A stretch of DNA of 64,000 nt, taken from positions 152,013 to 216,012 of the forward strand of contig CAWGKT010000015.1 of the NCBI GenBank assembly GCA_963823215.1, in the 5' to 3' direction. The notes beneath the pieces are model-generated. The model was not told the DNA's origin and ran no database searches. It saw only the letters and a program-made list of their open reading frames with translations. This document shows positions 8,005-18,405 of this stretch, piece after piece (position 1 is the stretch's first letter; each line of letters begins with the position of its first letter). Origin of the DNA: an uncultured beta proteobacterium (GTDB lineage Bacteria; Pseudomonadota; Gammaproteobacteria; Burkholderiales; Casimicrobiaceae). Position numbers and translations under genes: made by a program.

Positions 8005-9393
8005 ATGCGTACGCTCGGGATCGAGGCAACACGATCCATGAGCTTTTCCCGATACGGGCTCTTCGGGCTCGCCGTTCTTACGCTCGCGGTCCTGCTGAAC
8101 ATCACCGCGCTTTACAGTGCCGAGCGCGGCTTCGCAGCATTGCGCAATGCCGCGCTGTGGGCCCGGCACACGCAAGAGGCCGAGCACCGGATCGCGCAGA
8201 TCTATCGCAGAGTCGTCGATGCGGAGACCGCGCAGCGGGGATTTCTGCTGACGGCGGACGCCACCTACCTGCAGCCCTACGAGGAGGCGCGCCGGGAATT
8301 GCCGAAGGAGCTCGACGACCTCGGGCGGCTGACGCATGAAAATCCCGTGCAGATCGCGCAGCTTGCCACGGTGAGGAAGCTGCTGGACGCCCGGATGGCG
8401 CAGATGGAGCGGTCTCTCGCCACCAAGCGCGATGGCGGTGACGATGCGTTACGCGCGTTCCAGCTTACGCGCGAGGGGGCGGTCACGATGAGCGGACTGC
8501 GCCTGGCCCTCGACGGCATGGCTGCGGAAGAGAGGACGCAAGACGATCGACGGATCCAGTCGTTCGGCGGCCACCAGGACCAGTTGCGCAGGGAGTTCCT
8601 GCTCGTGGTCGGCCTCAATCTCGTCCTGGTCACGCTGGGCGCCGTCACGCTGTACCAGGAAGCGCGGCGGCGCCGCCGCGAAGCGGCCGAAGTGACGGAG
8701 CGCAATGTGAAGCTGGAGAGGACCGTAAGCGAGCGTACCTCCGAGCTCACGGGACTGTCGCACTATCTGCAGCAGCTGCAGGAGGAGGAGCGGGCGAAGC
8801 TTGCGCGCGAGATTCACGACGAGCTGGGAGGAACCCTGGCGGCGGTCCTGATCGATCTGCATCTCCTGTCGGACAAGCTCGCCGCAAACCAGCGCGTTCG
8901 TCTGACCCGCGCGATGGTGGCGATCGACGAGGCCGTCCAGGTCAAGCGCAGGATCATCGAGAACCTGCGGCCGACGGCGCTCGACAACCTCGGCATCGGG
9001 GCGGCACTCAAATGGCAATGCAGCGAGTTCAGCAAGCGCATGGCGCTGCCATGCCGCGTGGAGATGGGGGACGAGGACCTCCAACTCTCCCCGGCCTACA
9101 GCATCGCGTTCTATCGCGTGGTCCAGGAATCGCTGACCAACATCGCCAAGTACGCCCAGGCGAAGAATGTCGCGGTCACGCTGCTCCGGGACGACGATCA
9201 ATGGGTGCTGCGCATCGCGGACGACGGGATCGGCATCGACAGGTCGAAACCGCACAACGCCACGGCGCACGGACTCCTATCCATGCGCGAGCGGGCGCGC
9301 GCACTGGGGGGCAAGTTCTCCATTCTGGGCGAGCCCGGCATTGGCACCGTGGTGGAGATCCGGGTGCCGGTGCAGAACGACCTTGCGCGCTGA
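8005..9393 (+). CDS. CHASE3-domain sensor histidine kinase (HisKA_3/NarX type)
   Basis: TM, then a CHASE3-like region (AETAQRGFLLTADATYLQPYEEARRELP), a second TM, the H-box REIHDELGGTLAAV and HATPase motifs (ESLTNIAKYA, DDGIGI, GLLSMRERARALGG). An alternative start exists at 8038. Confidence 0.9.
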   Translation: MRTLGIEATRSMSFSRYGLFGLAVLTLAVLLNITALYSAERGFAALRNAALWARHTQEAEHRIAQIYRRVVDAETAQRGFLLTADATYLQPYEEARRELPKELDDLGRLTHENPVQIAQLATVRKLLDARMAQMERSLATKRDGGDDALRAFQLTREGAVTMSGLRLALDGMAAEERTQDDRRIQSFGGHQDQLRREFLLVVGLNLVLVTLGAVTLYQEARRRRREAAEVTERNVKLERTVSERTSELTGLSHYLQQLQEEERAKLAREIHDELGGTLAAVLIDLHLLSDKLAANQRVRLTRAMVAIDEAVQVKRRIIENLRPTALDNLGIGAALKWQCSEFSKRMALPCRVEMGDEDLQLSPAYSIAFYRVVQESLTNIAKYAQAKNVAVTLLRDDDQWVLRIADDGIGIDRSKPHNATAHGLLSMRERARALGGKFSILGEPGIGTVVEIRVPVQNDLAR

Positions 9394-9518
9394 TCGCGCA
9401 AGATGCGACACGCCGTCCGGCCGCCCCCCCGCTGTCCACGCCGACTGCCCTCCGGGCGCGAATGGCCGACGCCAAGATGGTCACGGGCGCGCACAGAGCG
9501 AGCCGACGCCGGCATCGT

Positions 9519-10565
9519 TCAAACAGCGGACGCGCCGCGATGAGGCTGCGCCTCCCGCCGGGCGCCTGCGAACGCAACGCCGGCACCCGATGCGACGGTG
9601 TAATGAAAGCGCCTCGCAATCGGCGTGGCGGGTTGGTCCGTGGCGTCCCGCCCGGGAATCAGAAGGTCGAATTCGTCCCGGATCAGCGCGTAGCACTCGC
9701 AGACGAGTGCATCCAGGCGCGGCCGATTCAGCACGGTGATCCGGCCGCGGCGATAGCGGATCAGACCAGCGGTTTGCAGTCGTCCGGCCACCTCGGTGAT
9801 GCTCTCACGGCGTACCCCGAGGAGGCTTGCCATCGTGTCCTGCGTAAGCGCAAGCTCGTTCGCGCCAAGGCGGTCGAGCGTCGACAGCAGCAAGCGGGCA
9901 AACCGCTGCTCGAGCCGATGATGGCAATGACACGCGGCCATCTGCGTCGTCTGCGCGATCAGTGCCTGCGCATAGCGCAACAGCGGTTGACGCAACGCCG
10001 GGCAGCTCTCGAACTTCGCCTTCAAGACGTCGGCGCGGAGCCGGTACCCGTGCCCGCTGCTGCGCACGACCGCCCGGCTGGTCGGGCGGCTCCCGCCCAG
10101 GAGCAGGTGGATGCCGACCAGCCCTTCGTTGCCCGAGAGACCGACTTCGACGGAGGTTCCGCTTGCCGACTCCAAGAGAAACGATACGATGCCGCTCACC
10201 GGAAAGTAGACGTGCTCGAGCGCGCCGCCCGCTTCGCAGATCACCCACCGCTCCGGCAGGGCGACGAATTCCAGCTGCGGCAGCAAGTCTGCGTACGTGC
10301 TCGCCTCGATCGCGGCCAACAGCCGGTTTTGTCTGGGGTCAAGGGCCGTGCGCCGCGCATCGTATCCGATCGCGGGGATCTCCTGCGCGCGCTCCGCGAT
10401 GCGCACGAGCGTCCGCGCGTACTCGGCGCGGCGGTGATGGGCGATGTAGGTACCCAGCATCGTCACCGTGGATCCGGGCGACGAATTCCCTGACAACGCG
10501 AGCTCGTGCCGCGCGGTGGGAGTCGGCGGGTCGGGAAAGATCCGATCTTGGCGTAACGATTGCAT
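9519..10565 (-). CDS. Crp/Fnr-family transcriptional regulator
   Basis: A cNMP-binding-like domain (VICEAGGALEHVYFPVSGIVSF) plus an HTH (TQDTMASLLGVRRESITEVAGRLQTAGLI). Start chosen at MQSLRQ; the upstream part of the 476 aa ORF looks non-coding. Confidence 0.8.
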   Translation of the reverse strand: MQSLRQDRIFPDPPTPTARHELALSGNSSPGSTVTMLGTYIAHHRRAEYARTLVRIAERAQEIPAIGYDARRTALDPRQNRLLAAIEASTYADLLPQLEFVALPERWVICEAGGALEHVYFPVSGIVSFLLESASGTSVEVGLSGNEGLVGIHLLLGGSRPTSRAVVRSSGHGYRLRADVLKAKFESCPALRQPLLRYAQALIAQTTQMAACHCHHRLEQRFARLLLSTLDRLGANELALTQDTMASLLGVRRESITEVAGRLQTAGLIRYRRGRITVLNRPRLDALVCECYALIRDEFDLLIPGRDATDQPATPIARRFHYTVASGAGVAFAGARREAQPHRGASAV

Positions 10566-10967
10566 GTGGGCCCCCATCGAGTGGTTGGTTGGTACACACG
10601 ACAGGAGCAACACGCGTGCCGCGCGTTCGCACCGGCAACCCGCTCGCCGTGCCGATCTCCGGAAACACATGTTTACGCGACGGATTTCAGGGGATCGGCG
10701 GCAATACGCACGCGCGTGCATGATCCGAGCGGGTCTTGAACGTGTGGTAATCGTTACCTCGCCGCTGGCATTTTTTTCGATGCATGCTGTCCGTCCGAGA
10801 TGGCTTTCTTGCCAGAGCCCGAGAACGAGTTCCGCCGCAGAGCCGGCGAGCTGCCGCGCGTCGTCGCCTCGAGACCTGCAGGCAGTGTCGCGCATCCGGC
10901 AACCAGCAACGCGGCGGCAAACGCGATGACGTGCGGAAGGCGGCGCCACCCGATATCCGTCGCCATG

Positions 10968-12161
10968 TCAGGCGTCCATCAGCATGGCAACCGGCTTGAG
11001 GCGCTCGATTGCGCCGAAGACGATCTTGATCGTCACAACGATCGGGAACGCCAGCAGCAGCCCCCATCCGCCCCACACCATGCCGAAGTAGAGGAGCGCG
11101 ACGAAGACGACCACCGCATTCATGCGTGCGCTGCGGCCCATCAGCGCCGTTTGCAGCCAGACACCGATCAGCGCGGCAGAGGTCAGTGGCACGGCGGCGG
11201 CGGCGATCGCCTGGGCGAGGTTGTCGAACTGCAGGTAGGCCACCAGGCCGACGGCCGTGGTCACGGCAGCGGCACCAACGTAAGGTATGGTGTGGAGAAT
11301 CGCCATGGCAATGCCCCAGAACGCCGGGTAGCGGACATCGAGCAGGTACAGTCCTGCCGACGTGGCGATGCCGACGGCGATGTTGATCGCCAGGACCAGG
11401 GCAAAATAGCGATGGCTCACTTGATGGATCTGATTCAGGATCTGCAGCGCCTTCTTGCGCGGCGTCAATGACGGGCCCATCGCCTGCATGAGCCGGCGGC
11501 GGAAAAGGTCGCCCGCTGCGAGCAGGTAGTAGGTCAGAAAGAGGACCGAAGCGAGCTGGCCGACGACAATTGCCATGCCCACGGTGCCCGCCGCGACCAA
11601 CGCCTTGGGCTCTGGAGGGGGCGGCGCGGACGGCGTCGAATTGGTGCCGGGGGTCGTCGTGGCGCCTGCCAGCTTCTGGAGCTCGTCGGCAGTCTTGCGC
11701 ACCTGCTTCAACGGGCCTTGCCCGTCGCGCTGCCATTTGGTCACTTCAACGCGCAACTGCTGCACGGCATGCGGCAACTCCTCGAGGACGTCGGTTGCCC
11801 CGTTCAGTGCCTGCTGGATACCGATGCCGACACCGGCGATCACGAGCACCATGGTGATCGCGGCTCCGAAGTCGCGTGGCACCCGACAACGCTCCATCCA
11901 GTCGACGGCGGGAGTCAGGGCGAAGCTCATGAACAGGCTTACGAACAGGGGAATGAAGAAGGCTGCTCCGGCGTGGAGCACGAAGGGCGCCACGATCAAC
12001 GCGACCGTGACGATTGCGACGGTACGTGTATCGAGCGGGCGAGCCTGCTCCTCGACCGCTGCGGGGAGTGGCGACTCGGCGTCGATCGCTTGCACATCGA
12101 TCATTACCACTCCCCGGGTCGACTCGCAGTCAAAGGGCGGCCCGTCGCAGTCTCGGAACAC
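10968..12161 (-). CDS. AI-2E family transporter (PerM/UPF0118)
   Basis: Multi-TM protein with family-typical segments FIPLFVSLFMSFALTPAVDWMER and VVVFVALLYFGMVWGGWGLLLAFP. The start is uncertain (alternative near 12104). Confidence 0.85.
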   Translation of the reverse strand: MFRDCDGPPFDCESTRGVVMIDVQAIDAESPLPAAVEEQARPLDTRTVAIVTVALIVAPFVLHAGAAFFIPLFVSLFMSFALTPAVDWMERCRVPRDFGAAITMVLVIAGVGIGIQQALNGATDVLEELPHAVQQLRVEVTKWQRDGQGPLKQVRKTADELQKLAGATTTPGTNSTPSAPPPPEPKALVAAGTVGMAIVVGQLASVLFLTYYLLAAGDLFRRRLMQAMGPSLTPRKKALQILNQIHQVSHRYFALVLAINIAVGIATSAGLYLLDVRYPAFWGIAMAILHTIPYVGAAAVTTAVGLVAYLQFDNLAQAIAAAAVPLTSAALIGVWLQTALMGRSARMNAVVVFVALLYFGMVWGGWGLLLAFPIVVTIKIVFGAIERLKPVAMLMDA

Positions 12162-12296
12162 TGCGCCGGACCACCCGGCGCGCGACGGACGTCAATAGCT
12201 TTTGTGCTCCGGCGCTTTTGTCAGAAGGGAATGCCGATCTCGTACGGCCGTGGTGATACCGAAAGCCTTCCCGTTGCCAAGCAGCGCCGCAGCGGG

Positions 12297-12479
12297 TCAA
12301 TCGAAATCGGGGGCTGCGGTCGATCGCCACTCCGGCGGGCACAACGTACTGTAGTCGGGGGCGCCCCAATCGATGGCTTCGTCCCAGGCACTTGCGTCCC
12401 GAATCGACAAGGCCTCCGCCTTCGCGTTGAGCGCCGACAGCAGATCTTCCCCAGACTGGCTGCTGATCTTCCGATCCAT
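12297..12479 (-). CDS. Small acidic hypothetical protein (60 aa)
   Basis: GGAGGG Shine-Dalgarno about 6 nt upstream of the ATG. No recognisable family. Confidence 0.35.
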   Translation of the reverse strand: MDRKISSQSGEDLLSALNAKAEALSIRDASAWDEAIDWGAPDYSTLCPPEWRSTAAPDFD

Positions 12480-12813
12480 GTTCGCCCTCCATCAGGTGAT
12501 TTCCAGCGTGCGATGCAAGACTATTCGCGGCGACCGGGGAACGCCATACGGATGCGACCGATAGCCATGTAGTCTGCACCGCGAAACGGTGTAGGACTTG
12601 TCCGACGTTTCCGCTTCCGACAAAGGCGCGTTGCGCGCAGGGTACCTGGCGGTGATATTTGGTTGGCCAGCGCACATTCGCGTCGACCGATATCGGATAT
12701 GGTCGAACTGCAATCCGCACCCAGGGGGCGTCACGTGGTTCGTGTTGGCCCCACCCCGGACGGGCAGGTTGCCCGCGTGGCGCGCTTGCATCCGCTAACT
12801 CGTGGAGAATGGC

Positions 12814-13221
12814 ATGTTCGAAAGAATTCGAAGGCTTGGCGCGAGCCCGGCAGTCTCCCAGGCGTCGAAACATGGTTGCCTCCTGGGAGTGAGAAATCTG
12901 GTGGGGAACAATGTCTACGATGCCGACGGCAACTATGTGGGCAGGCTCGAGGAAATCATCATCGATCCGACGACCGGTTGTGTCCGACATGCGGTACTGG
13001 CTGTCGGAGGCGTGATGGGGCTCGGAGGACGCCGGCTCGCCGTTCCATGGAGCACGTTGACTCCGGATCCAGACTACCGGCGATGCGTCGTGGACGTGAC
13101 GCAGATGCAATTTACCGCGGCGCGGATTCCAAAGGACGACCCGTGGCTGCGACGTGCCGATGCGACACACACGATCGAGGACACTGTGTTCGTGTCACGC
13201 CTCCTCGGCAGGAGAGGTTGA
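12814..13221 (+). CDS. PRC-barrel domain protein
   Basis: VYDADGNYVGRLEEIIIDPTTGCVRHAVLAVGGVMGLGGRRLAVPWSTL is a typical PRC-barrel. ATG at 12814 follows GGAGAA; the ORF track starts at GTG 12802. Confidence 0.8.
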   Translation: MFERIRRLGASPAVSQASKHGCLLGVRNLVGNNVYDADGNYVGRLEEIIIDPTTGCVRHAVLAVGGVMGLGGRRLAVPWSTLTPDPDYRRCVVDVTQMQFTAARIPKDDPWLRRADATHTIEDTVFVSRLLGRRG

Positions 13222-13702
13222 GCGGAGCGTCCGCGAAAATGCCCGGTGACGCGCTGTCCACCGGGCATCCGACGATCGATCGCGCGATCGTCCACTTGCG
13301 GGCGTCAGCCCGTCGACTTTCACGGCAGAGATTATCGATTACCGACCTCACACCGCTGACTTGCTGCGCAGTCTGTGTCGCGCGCTCCTTCAGCGTCGAG
13401 TTCTCGACCACACCGGACATCGTCACGACGCCGTCCTTCGTGTCGACATCGATGCGCAGAGCACTCAGCCCCGGCTCGGCGATGATCGCCGACTTCACCT
13501 TGGCGGTAATGGCGGCGTCTACGACCGCGTTTGCGGCCTGCGACGTCGCACGATCCGTCGCGGCGGCGACCTTCTCCGCATTGCGCTCCACCTTCTGGCT
13601 GGTGGTCTCCGTGGAATGGCGGTCGCTGCACCCGGCGCTCGCCAGCGTCGCGCCGACGAAGAGAATTGCCAGTGGTGCCATCCGATTGTGCGCCTTCATC
13701 AT
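13112..13702 (-). CDS. BON-domain lipoprotein (OsmY-like)
   Basis: Start at MMKAHNRMAPLAILFVGATLASAGC (lipobox). BON motif ITAKVKSAIIAEPGLSALRIDVDTKDGVVTMSGVV...VSGVRSVIDNL. About 60 aa of low-quality C-terminal extension overlap the convergent PRC gene. Confidence 0.75.
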   Translation of the reverse strand: MMKAHNRMAPLAILFVGATLASAGCSDRHSTETTSQKVERNAEKVAAATDRATSQAANAVVDAAITAKVKSAIIAEPGLSALRIDVDTKDGVVTMSGVVENSTLKERATQTAQQVSGVRSVIDNLCRESRRADARKWTIARSIVGCPVDSASPGIFADAPLNLSCRGGVTRTQCPRSCVSHRHVAATGRPLESAPR

Positions 13703-14129
13703 CTTGGCTCCTTTGTGTCGTTGGCATTCCACACTCGCGTGGAATGGGGCGGCAGGGGCATTGAACCCTATGTCCGATCCACTGCCACGCATCCATCATC
13801 CACGGCCATCGCGTCCGCCGCACTCGGACGGGACCTGAAGCCGACGTAGGCGGGAACTTACGTCCGCGTAGGACGTCGGCTGCGCCCCGGTCCGCCAGAC
13901 GACGAATGGCTCGTTGATCCTGCGAGCGGCCACGCATTTGCCAGCAAGGGCATGCCCCCACGGGGCGTTGCCGGCCGTTTCCTACACCTGCATGAGTTGC
14001 TCGCCGACAGCGCGAACCGGTTCAGGGGACGATCCTGTAATCGCGCGTCTCGACCGCGTCCACCGCGTCCGGATTGGACGTTCGTGTTCAGATTGCGCGC
14101 ATCCCGGTTAACCAGGAAAGGAGTACAGC

Positions 14130-14849
14130 ATGGCTTCCTATACCGACATCACGCGAAGGGCCACACGACGATGGCTGGGTTTGCTCACGGTTGCATCGGT
14201 CGTCGCTGCCAGTGGGCATGCATTCGCGCAATCCGAGCAACAGGATCTTGTGAACGCATCCGAGGTGACGTTCAACAATTTCATGCGCGATCCCGACATG
14301 ACCTGGATGCAGCGGCACATCGGGCGCGCCAAAGGTGTTCTGATCGCACCGACAGTGGTCAAGGCGGGGTGGATCCTCGGTGGATCGGGCGGTCGCGCCG
14401 TCCTGCTCGCACGCGACACCCAGACGGGCCGCTGGGCCGGCCCGGCGTTCTATAACGTCGGCGCAGCGAGCGTCGGCTTTCAGGCTGGTGTCTCCGTGTC
14501 GGAGACGGTGACGCTGGTAATGACCGAGAAGGGCATGAACTCGTTGCTGGCAACCTCGGTCAAGCTGGGCGGAGACGTGAGCGTCGCCGCAGGCCCGGTC
14601 GGGGCCGGCGCAAACAGTGACATCACCACCGACCTCGTCGCTTTCAGTCGCTCCAAGGGAATCTATGGCGGCCTCAATCTCGAGGGCAGCGTGATCGACG
14701 TAGCCGACAACTGGAACCGGACGTACTATGGGATGGCCGTGTTGCCTCCGGATATCCTCATGCGGGCAACCGCGCGCAACGATGGAGCGGATCGGCTGAT
14801 TGCCGAGTTGAGACGCGCCGCTTCCGGTGAGAGGACGAGCTCACGTTGA
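14130..14849 (+). CDS. SYLF/Ysc84 (DUF500) lipid-binding domain protein, secreted
   Basis: AGGAG Shine-Dalgarno and a Tat-like RRATRRWLG signal. Core GWILGGSGGRAVLLARD...GPAFYNVGAASVGFQAGV...KLGGDVSVAAGPVG. Confidence 0.8.
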   Translation: MASYTDITRRATRRWLGLLTVASVVAASGHAFAQSEQQDLVNASEVTFNNFMRDPDMTWMQRHIGRAKGVLIAPTVVKAGWILGGSGGRAVLLARDTQTGRWAGPAFYNVGAASVGFQAGVSVSETVTLVMTEKGMNSLLATSVKLGGDVSVAAGPVGAGANSDITTDLVAFSRSKGIYGGLNLEGSVIDVADNWNRTYYGMAVLPPDILMRATARNDGADRLIAELRRAASGERTSSR

Positions 14850-14941
14850 GTTCGGGGATGGCTCGGCTCACCCTCGTCGGCCGGGCCATCTCTCGCGGCG
14901 CAGGTGAAATGGTCGCCATCTTCGCCGCATCCTGGGTCAGG

Positions 14942-16957
14942 TCACCCCGTGATCAGCAGAATCCATGCCGTCCCGACCACGAGAAACACGACGAGGAAGA
15001 ATAGCGTCACGAGCAATCCGAGCCGATAGAGTTCGCGCTGCGTCAGGTAGCCGCTGCCGACGAAGATGACGTTCTGGCTGCCCCCCTGCGGCGTGATGAC
15101 CGAGAAATAACTGCTCGCGAACAGCAGCGCGAACGCCATCAGCGGCGCGGGCACGCCGCCGCGGATGCCCACGTCGAGGAACACGCCCAGGAGGGCCAGA
15201 ACCTGCGACGACTGGCTCACGAACATGTAGTGGATCGCGACGTAGAGCACGACGAGCGTCACGTACGTCACCGGCCACGACAGGCCGCCCAGATGCGACG
15301 CGAGGCGCTGGCCCGCGTAACCCATGAATCCCAGCTCGTTCAACTGCCCGCTCAGGGCGAACAGGACCGCGAGCCACAGAAAGATCGTGAGCGTGTCGCC
15401 CTGCGCCGCGATGTCGTCCAGCGTCAGCACGTTGGTCATCAGCAGCACGCCGAGTCCGGCGAAGGCGATGCTGGTCACGTTGAGCTGCAACCGGTCGGCG
15501 AAGATCCAGCCGCAGACCATCAGCGCAAACGTCACCGCGGTGATTCGCTCGTCGCGCGACAGCGGTCCCAGTGCCGAGAGCGCCTTCCGCGCGGCGACCG
15601 GGGCTTCGGGCGTCGCGCCGACGCCGGGCGGGAAGATACGCGCGACGACCCACGGCAAGAGCAGGATCGCGGTCAGTGCCGGCACCGACGCAGCGATCAG
15701 CCAGCTGCCGAAATTGATGTTCAATCCGAACTCGTTGGCTACCTGGATGCCGATCGGGTTGGCCGACGTGGCCGTCATCCAGAGTGCGGACGACACGGCA
15801 AGACTCGCCATGCCGCAGAACATCAGGTACGCGCCGAGCCGTCGGCCCTCGGGATCGTCGGGGCGCGAGCCGGATCCCATCGCCACGGACAGCACGACCG
15901 GATAGATGACGCCGCCGCGCGCGGTATTGCTCGGGAATGCCGGCGCGATCAGCGCGTCCGTGAGCACGACGCTGTACGCGAGGCCCAGCGAGGAGCGGCC
16001 GAAACGGCTCACCATGAAGAGGCTGATCCGGTGTCCCAGCCCGGACTTGACGATCGCCTGCGCCACGAGGAACGCGATCACTACCAGCAGCACCGTCGCG
16101 TTGGCGAAGCCGCTGAACGCCTGTGCGGGCGATAGGGTGCCGGTCAGGACGACCGCGGCTACCGCCAGCATGGTCGACGTGAGGAGCGGGAAGGCGCCCG
16201 CGAGCACCGCCGCGATCGCCGCGACGAACACCGCAAAAAGGTGCCAGGCGGGCGGCGTGAGTCCGGCCGGGACCGGCGCAAACCAGATGCCGAATGCCAG
16301 AGCGAATGGCAGCGCGCGCTTGAGGATCAGGGCCGGACCGATCATGGCCGCGAACCTCCCGCGCCCGAGGTACGGTGAGGCGCCGACGCGCACCCGGCCC
16401 CTAAGTCCCTCCGATTGACCCTGCACAGTGCCGTCGTCGGCCTCGAGCACGAAACGCCACGAGAACTCGTAGGCCCCCGTCACGCCCACGTATCGCCCCG
16501 TGCCGCCAACGAAAGTGCCGACGATCCGGTTGCCCGTCGCCGTGCCTTCGCCGCGCAGCTCGCTGAAGGCCTGATCGCCGCGCTCGTCCGTCCAGACGGA
16601 ACGGCCGACCATCCCGGTGGCGCTGTCGTTGAGCACGATCGCTTCGGCGCGAAAACCCACACCCGGGCGCGAAGGTCCGGCCAACAGCAACGATCCGTTG
16701 AGTTTCACGATGGAGGCGCGCCGATCGCCCCCGAGGCGAATGGTCTGCCGGTTGCCGGCCGCGGTCCATGTTCCCTGGAACTCGCGCCACTCCCCACCGG
16801 CGGGAAGCGCCGGCGACGGTGGGGTTTCGGTACCGCACGCCGCCAGGGCCAACAGCGCGGCGCAAACGGTCGTTGCGAGCCGCCATGCGCCTTGCCGCAA
16901 CCTTGGTACTGCGCCCGCGGGCAGCGCCTCCCTCATCGCCGCGGAATCCAGTCGCAC
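14942..16957 (-). CDS. DASS/SLC13-family anion transporter fused to an N-terminal ~200 aa lipoprotein-like domain
   Basis: The C-terminal ~468 aa (from MIGPALILKRALPF, around 16345) match the DASS architecture (NTARGGVIYPV, SQSSQVLALL). The N-terminus has the lipobox LLALAAC and a beta-rich domain, with no stop between them. Confidence 0.85.
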   Translation of the reverse strand: MRLDSAAMREALPAGAVPRLRQGAWRLATTVCAALLALAACGTETPPSPALPAGGEWREFQGTWTAAGNRQTIRLGGDRRASIVKLNGSLLLAGPSRPGVGFRAEAIVLNDSATGMVGRSVWTDERGDQAFSELRGEGTATGNRIVGTFVGGTGRYVGVTGAYEFSWRFVLEADDGTVQGQSEGLRGRVRVGASPYLGRGRFAAMIGPALILKRALPFALAFGIWFAPVPAGLTPPAWHLFAVFVAAIAAVLAGAFPLLTSTMLAVAAVVLTGTLSPAQAFSGFANATVLLVVIAFLVAQAIVKSGLGHRISLFMVSRFGRSSLGLAYSVVLTDALIAPAFPSNTARGGVIYPVVLSVAMGSGSRPDDPEGRRLGAYLMFCGMASLAVSSALWMTATSANPIGIQVANEFGLNINFGSWLIAASVPALTAILLLPWVVARIFPPGVGATPEAPVAARKALSALGPLSRDERITAVTFALMVCGWIFADRLQLNVTSIAFAGLGVLLMTNVLTLDDIAAQGDTLTIFLWLAVLFALSGQLNELGFMGYAGQRLASHLGGLSWPVTYVTLVVLYVAIHYMFVSQSSQVLALLGVFLDVGIRGGVPAPLMAFALLFASSYFSVITPQGGSQNVIFVGSGYLTQRELYRLGLLVTLFFLVVFLVVGTAWILLITG

Positions 16958-16973
16958 GTTTGGCGGGGCGGGG

Positions 16974-17510
16974 TCATTTCATGCGCGAGGGCAGCGTCAG
17001 TGTCGGGCCCGCGAGCATGAACACGCCCCGGCCGCGGTGGTGAATCGTGCGCACTTCCTTCCTTCCCGGTTCGATCCATGCGTGCACCATCTCGAGGACG
17101 AAGAAATTGTAGGTATTCACCATTCGCCTGTCGACAACCTTGCACTCAAGGTTGGCAAAGCACTCGGCGACGAGCGGGGCGCCGACGAGCGTGGCCGGCA
17201 TCGGCGTGAGCCCGATGGCGGCGAACTTGTCGACGGAGCGCCCGCTGACATTGCCGCAGCGCACGACCTTGGGCGCGAGCTCGGCCGAGGGGATGGCAAT
17301 CACGCACTCCTTCGTCGTGCGCAGCGCTTCGAACGAGTGATTGCGATTGCTGACGACACAGCCGACGAGCGGCGGCTCGAATTCCAGCATCGTGTGCCAT
17401 GACATGGCCATGACGTTCGCGCGACCTTTGCGCGCGGTCGTGAGCAGGACGACGGGACCGGGCTCGAGAAGCCGGTAGACGTGCGCCAACGGCAGCGTTC
17501 GCTTGCGCAT
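16974..17510 (-). CDS. Flavin reductase-like domain protein
   Basis: Start at MRKRTLPLAHVYRLLEPGPVVLLTT. ANVMAMSWHTMLEFEPPLVGCVVS is typical of the flavin reductase family. Confidence 0.85.
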   Translation of the reverse strand: MRKRTLPLAHVYRLLEPGPVVLLTTARKGRANVMAMSWHTMLEFEPPLVGCVVSNRNHSFEALRTTKECVIAIPSAELAPKVVRCGNVSGRSVDKFAAIGLTPMPATLVGAPLVAECFANLECKVVDRRMVNTYNFFVLEMVHAWIEPGRKEVRTIHHRGRGVFMLAGPTLTLPSRMK

Positions 17511-17676
17511 GCGGACCCTCCTCCGGCTTCCATCGTACCGCGATGTGACCGCCGCGACGAATCCCGCGAACCGGAAGGTCGGTCGTGCATCGCGCGTGAG
17601 CGCCCGGCGCCCTCGCCCGGCTGCGCCGCGGCCTGCGGATTGACACTGGGCGGCGCGATGCGCCAGCATCTGGGAC

Positions 17677-18405
17677 ATGCGCGCCACCCTGCTCGCGCTC
17701 GCCGCCTGCCTGCTCGCGGCCTGCACGTCGACGTCGACCTCCCCACCCACGGCGTCGCCGACCGGTCGCCGGCCGACGCCGACCGAAGCGACCTTCAAGT
17801 TGAGCGATCTCGTCAAGTCCGACATCGACGCCGTCGCCGAGGTGCACCTGCGCGAGAGCATCGCGTCAGCGAAACTGCTGATGGAAAAGCTCTACCGGCG
17901 CAATCCGCGCGAGCTCCGCAAGAGTGACCTCCCGACGCCGGAAGCCGGCGTTGCCCGCGCGTTCGATCCGCGAAACGCGTGGCGCTTCGCGGAACTGTCG
18001 AACCAGCGCGGCATCGACGCCCTGCAGACCGCGTTTCGTCCCGACTTCACGGGCGACCGTGTCATGGCGTTCGGCGTCGGCCTCGGCAGCATGATCGCCG
18101 CGGCCTACGGCGACAAGTCGCAGTTCTACCTGACCGACAGCCTGGACGCTCAGCGTCTGTACAACGCCGCGCGCAATATCGAGATCGCCGCGTGGAAACT
18201 GGCCAGCGCGCGCGGGCCCAATGGCGAGCTGCTGCTCCTCAGCAACGAGATGTCGGCCGGCGCGCCCAACCTGTCGTTCGAGCGCGAGATCGGCAAGCTC
18301 GTCGCCTATCAGGACACGCTGGCCATGGTGATGGCCCAACGCACGAATCGCACGATCCGCCGCTTCAGTCAGTCGCTCGCGACCGCCGTGTTCCTGCCGC
18401 TTTGA
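17677..18405 (+). CDS. Lipoprotein, hypothetical
   Basis: MRATLLALAACLLAAC lipobox signal. No recognisable family. Confidence 0.6.
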   Translation: MRATLLALAACLLAACTSTSTSPPTASPTGRRPTPTEATFKLSDLVKSDIDAVAEVHLRESIASAKLLMEKLYRRNPRELRKSDLPTPEAGVARAFDPRNAWRFAELSNQRGIDALQTAFRPDFTGDRVMAFGVGLGSMIAAAYGDKSQFYLTDSLDAQRLYNAARNIEIAAWKLASARGPNGELLLLSNEMSAGAPNLSFEREIGKLVAYQDTLAMVMAQRTNRTIRRFSQSLATAVFLPL

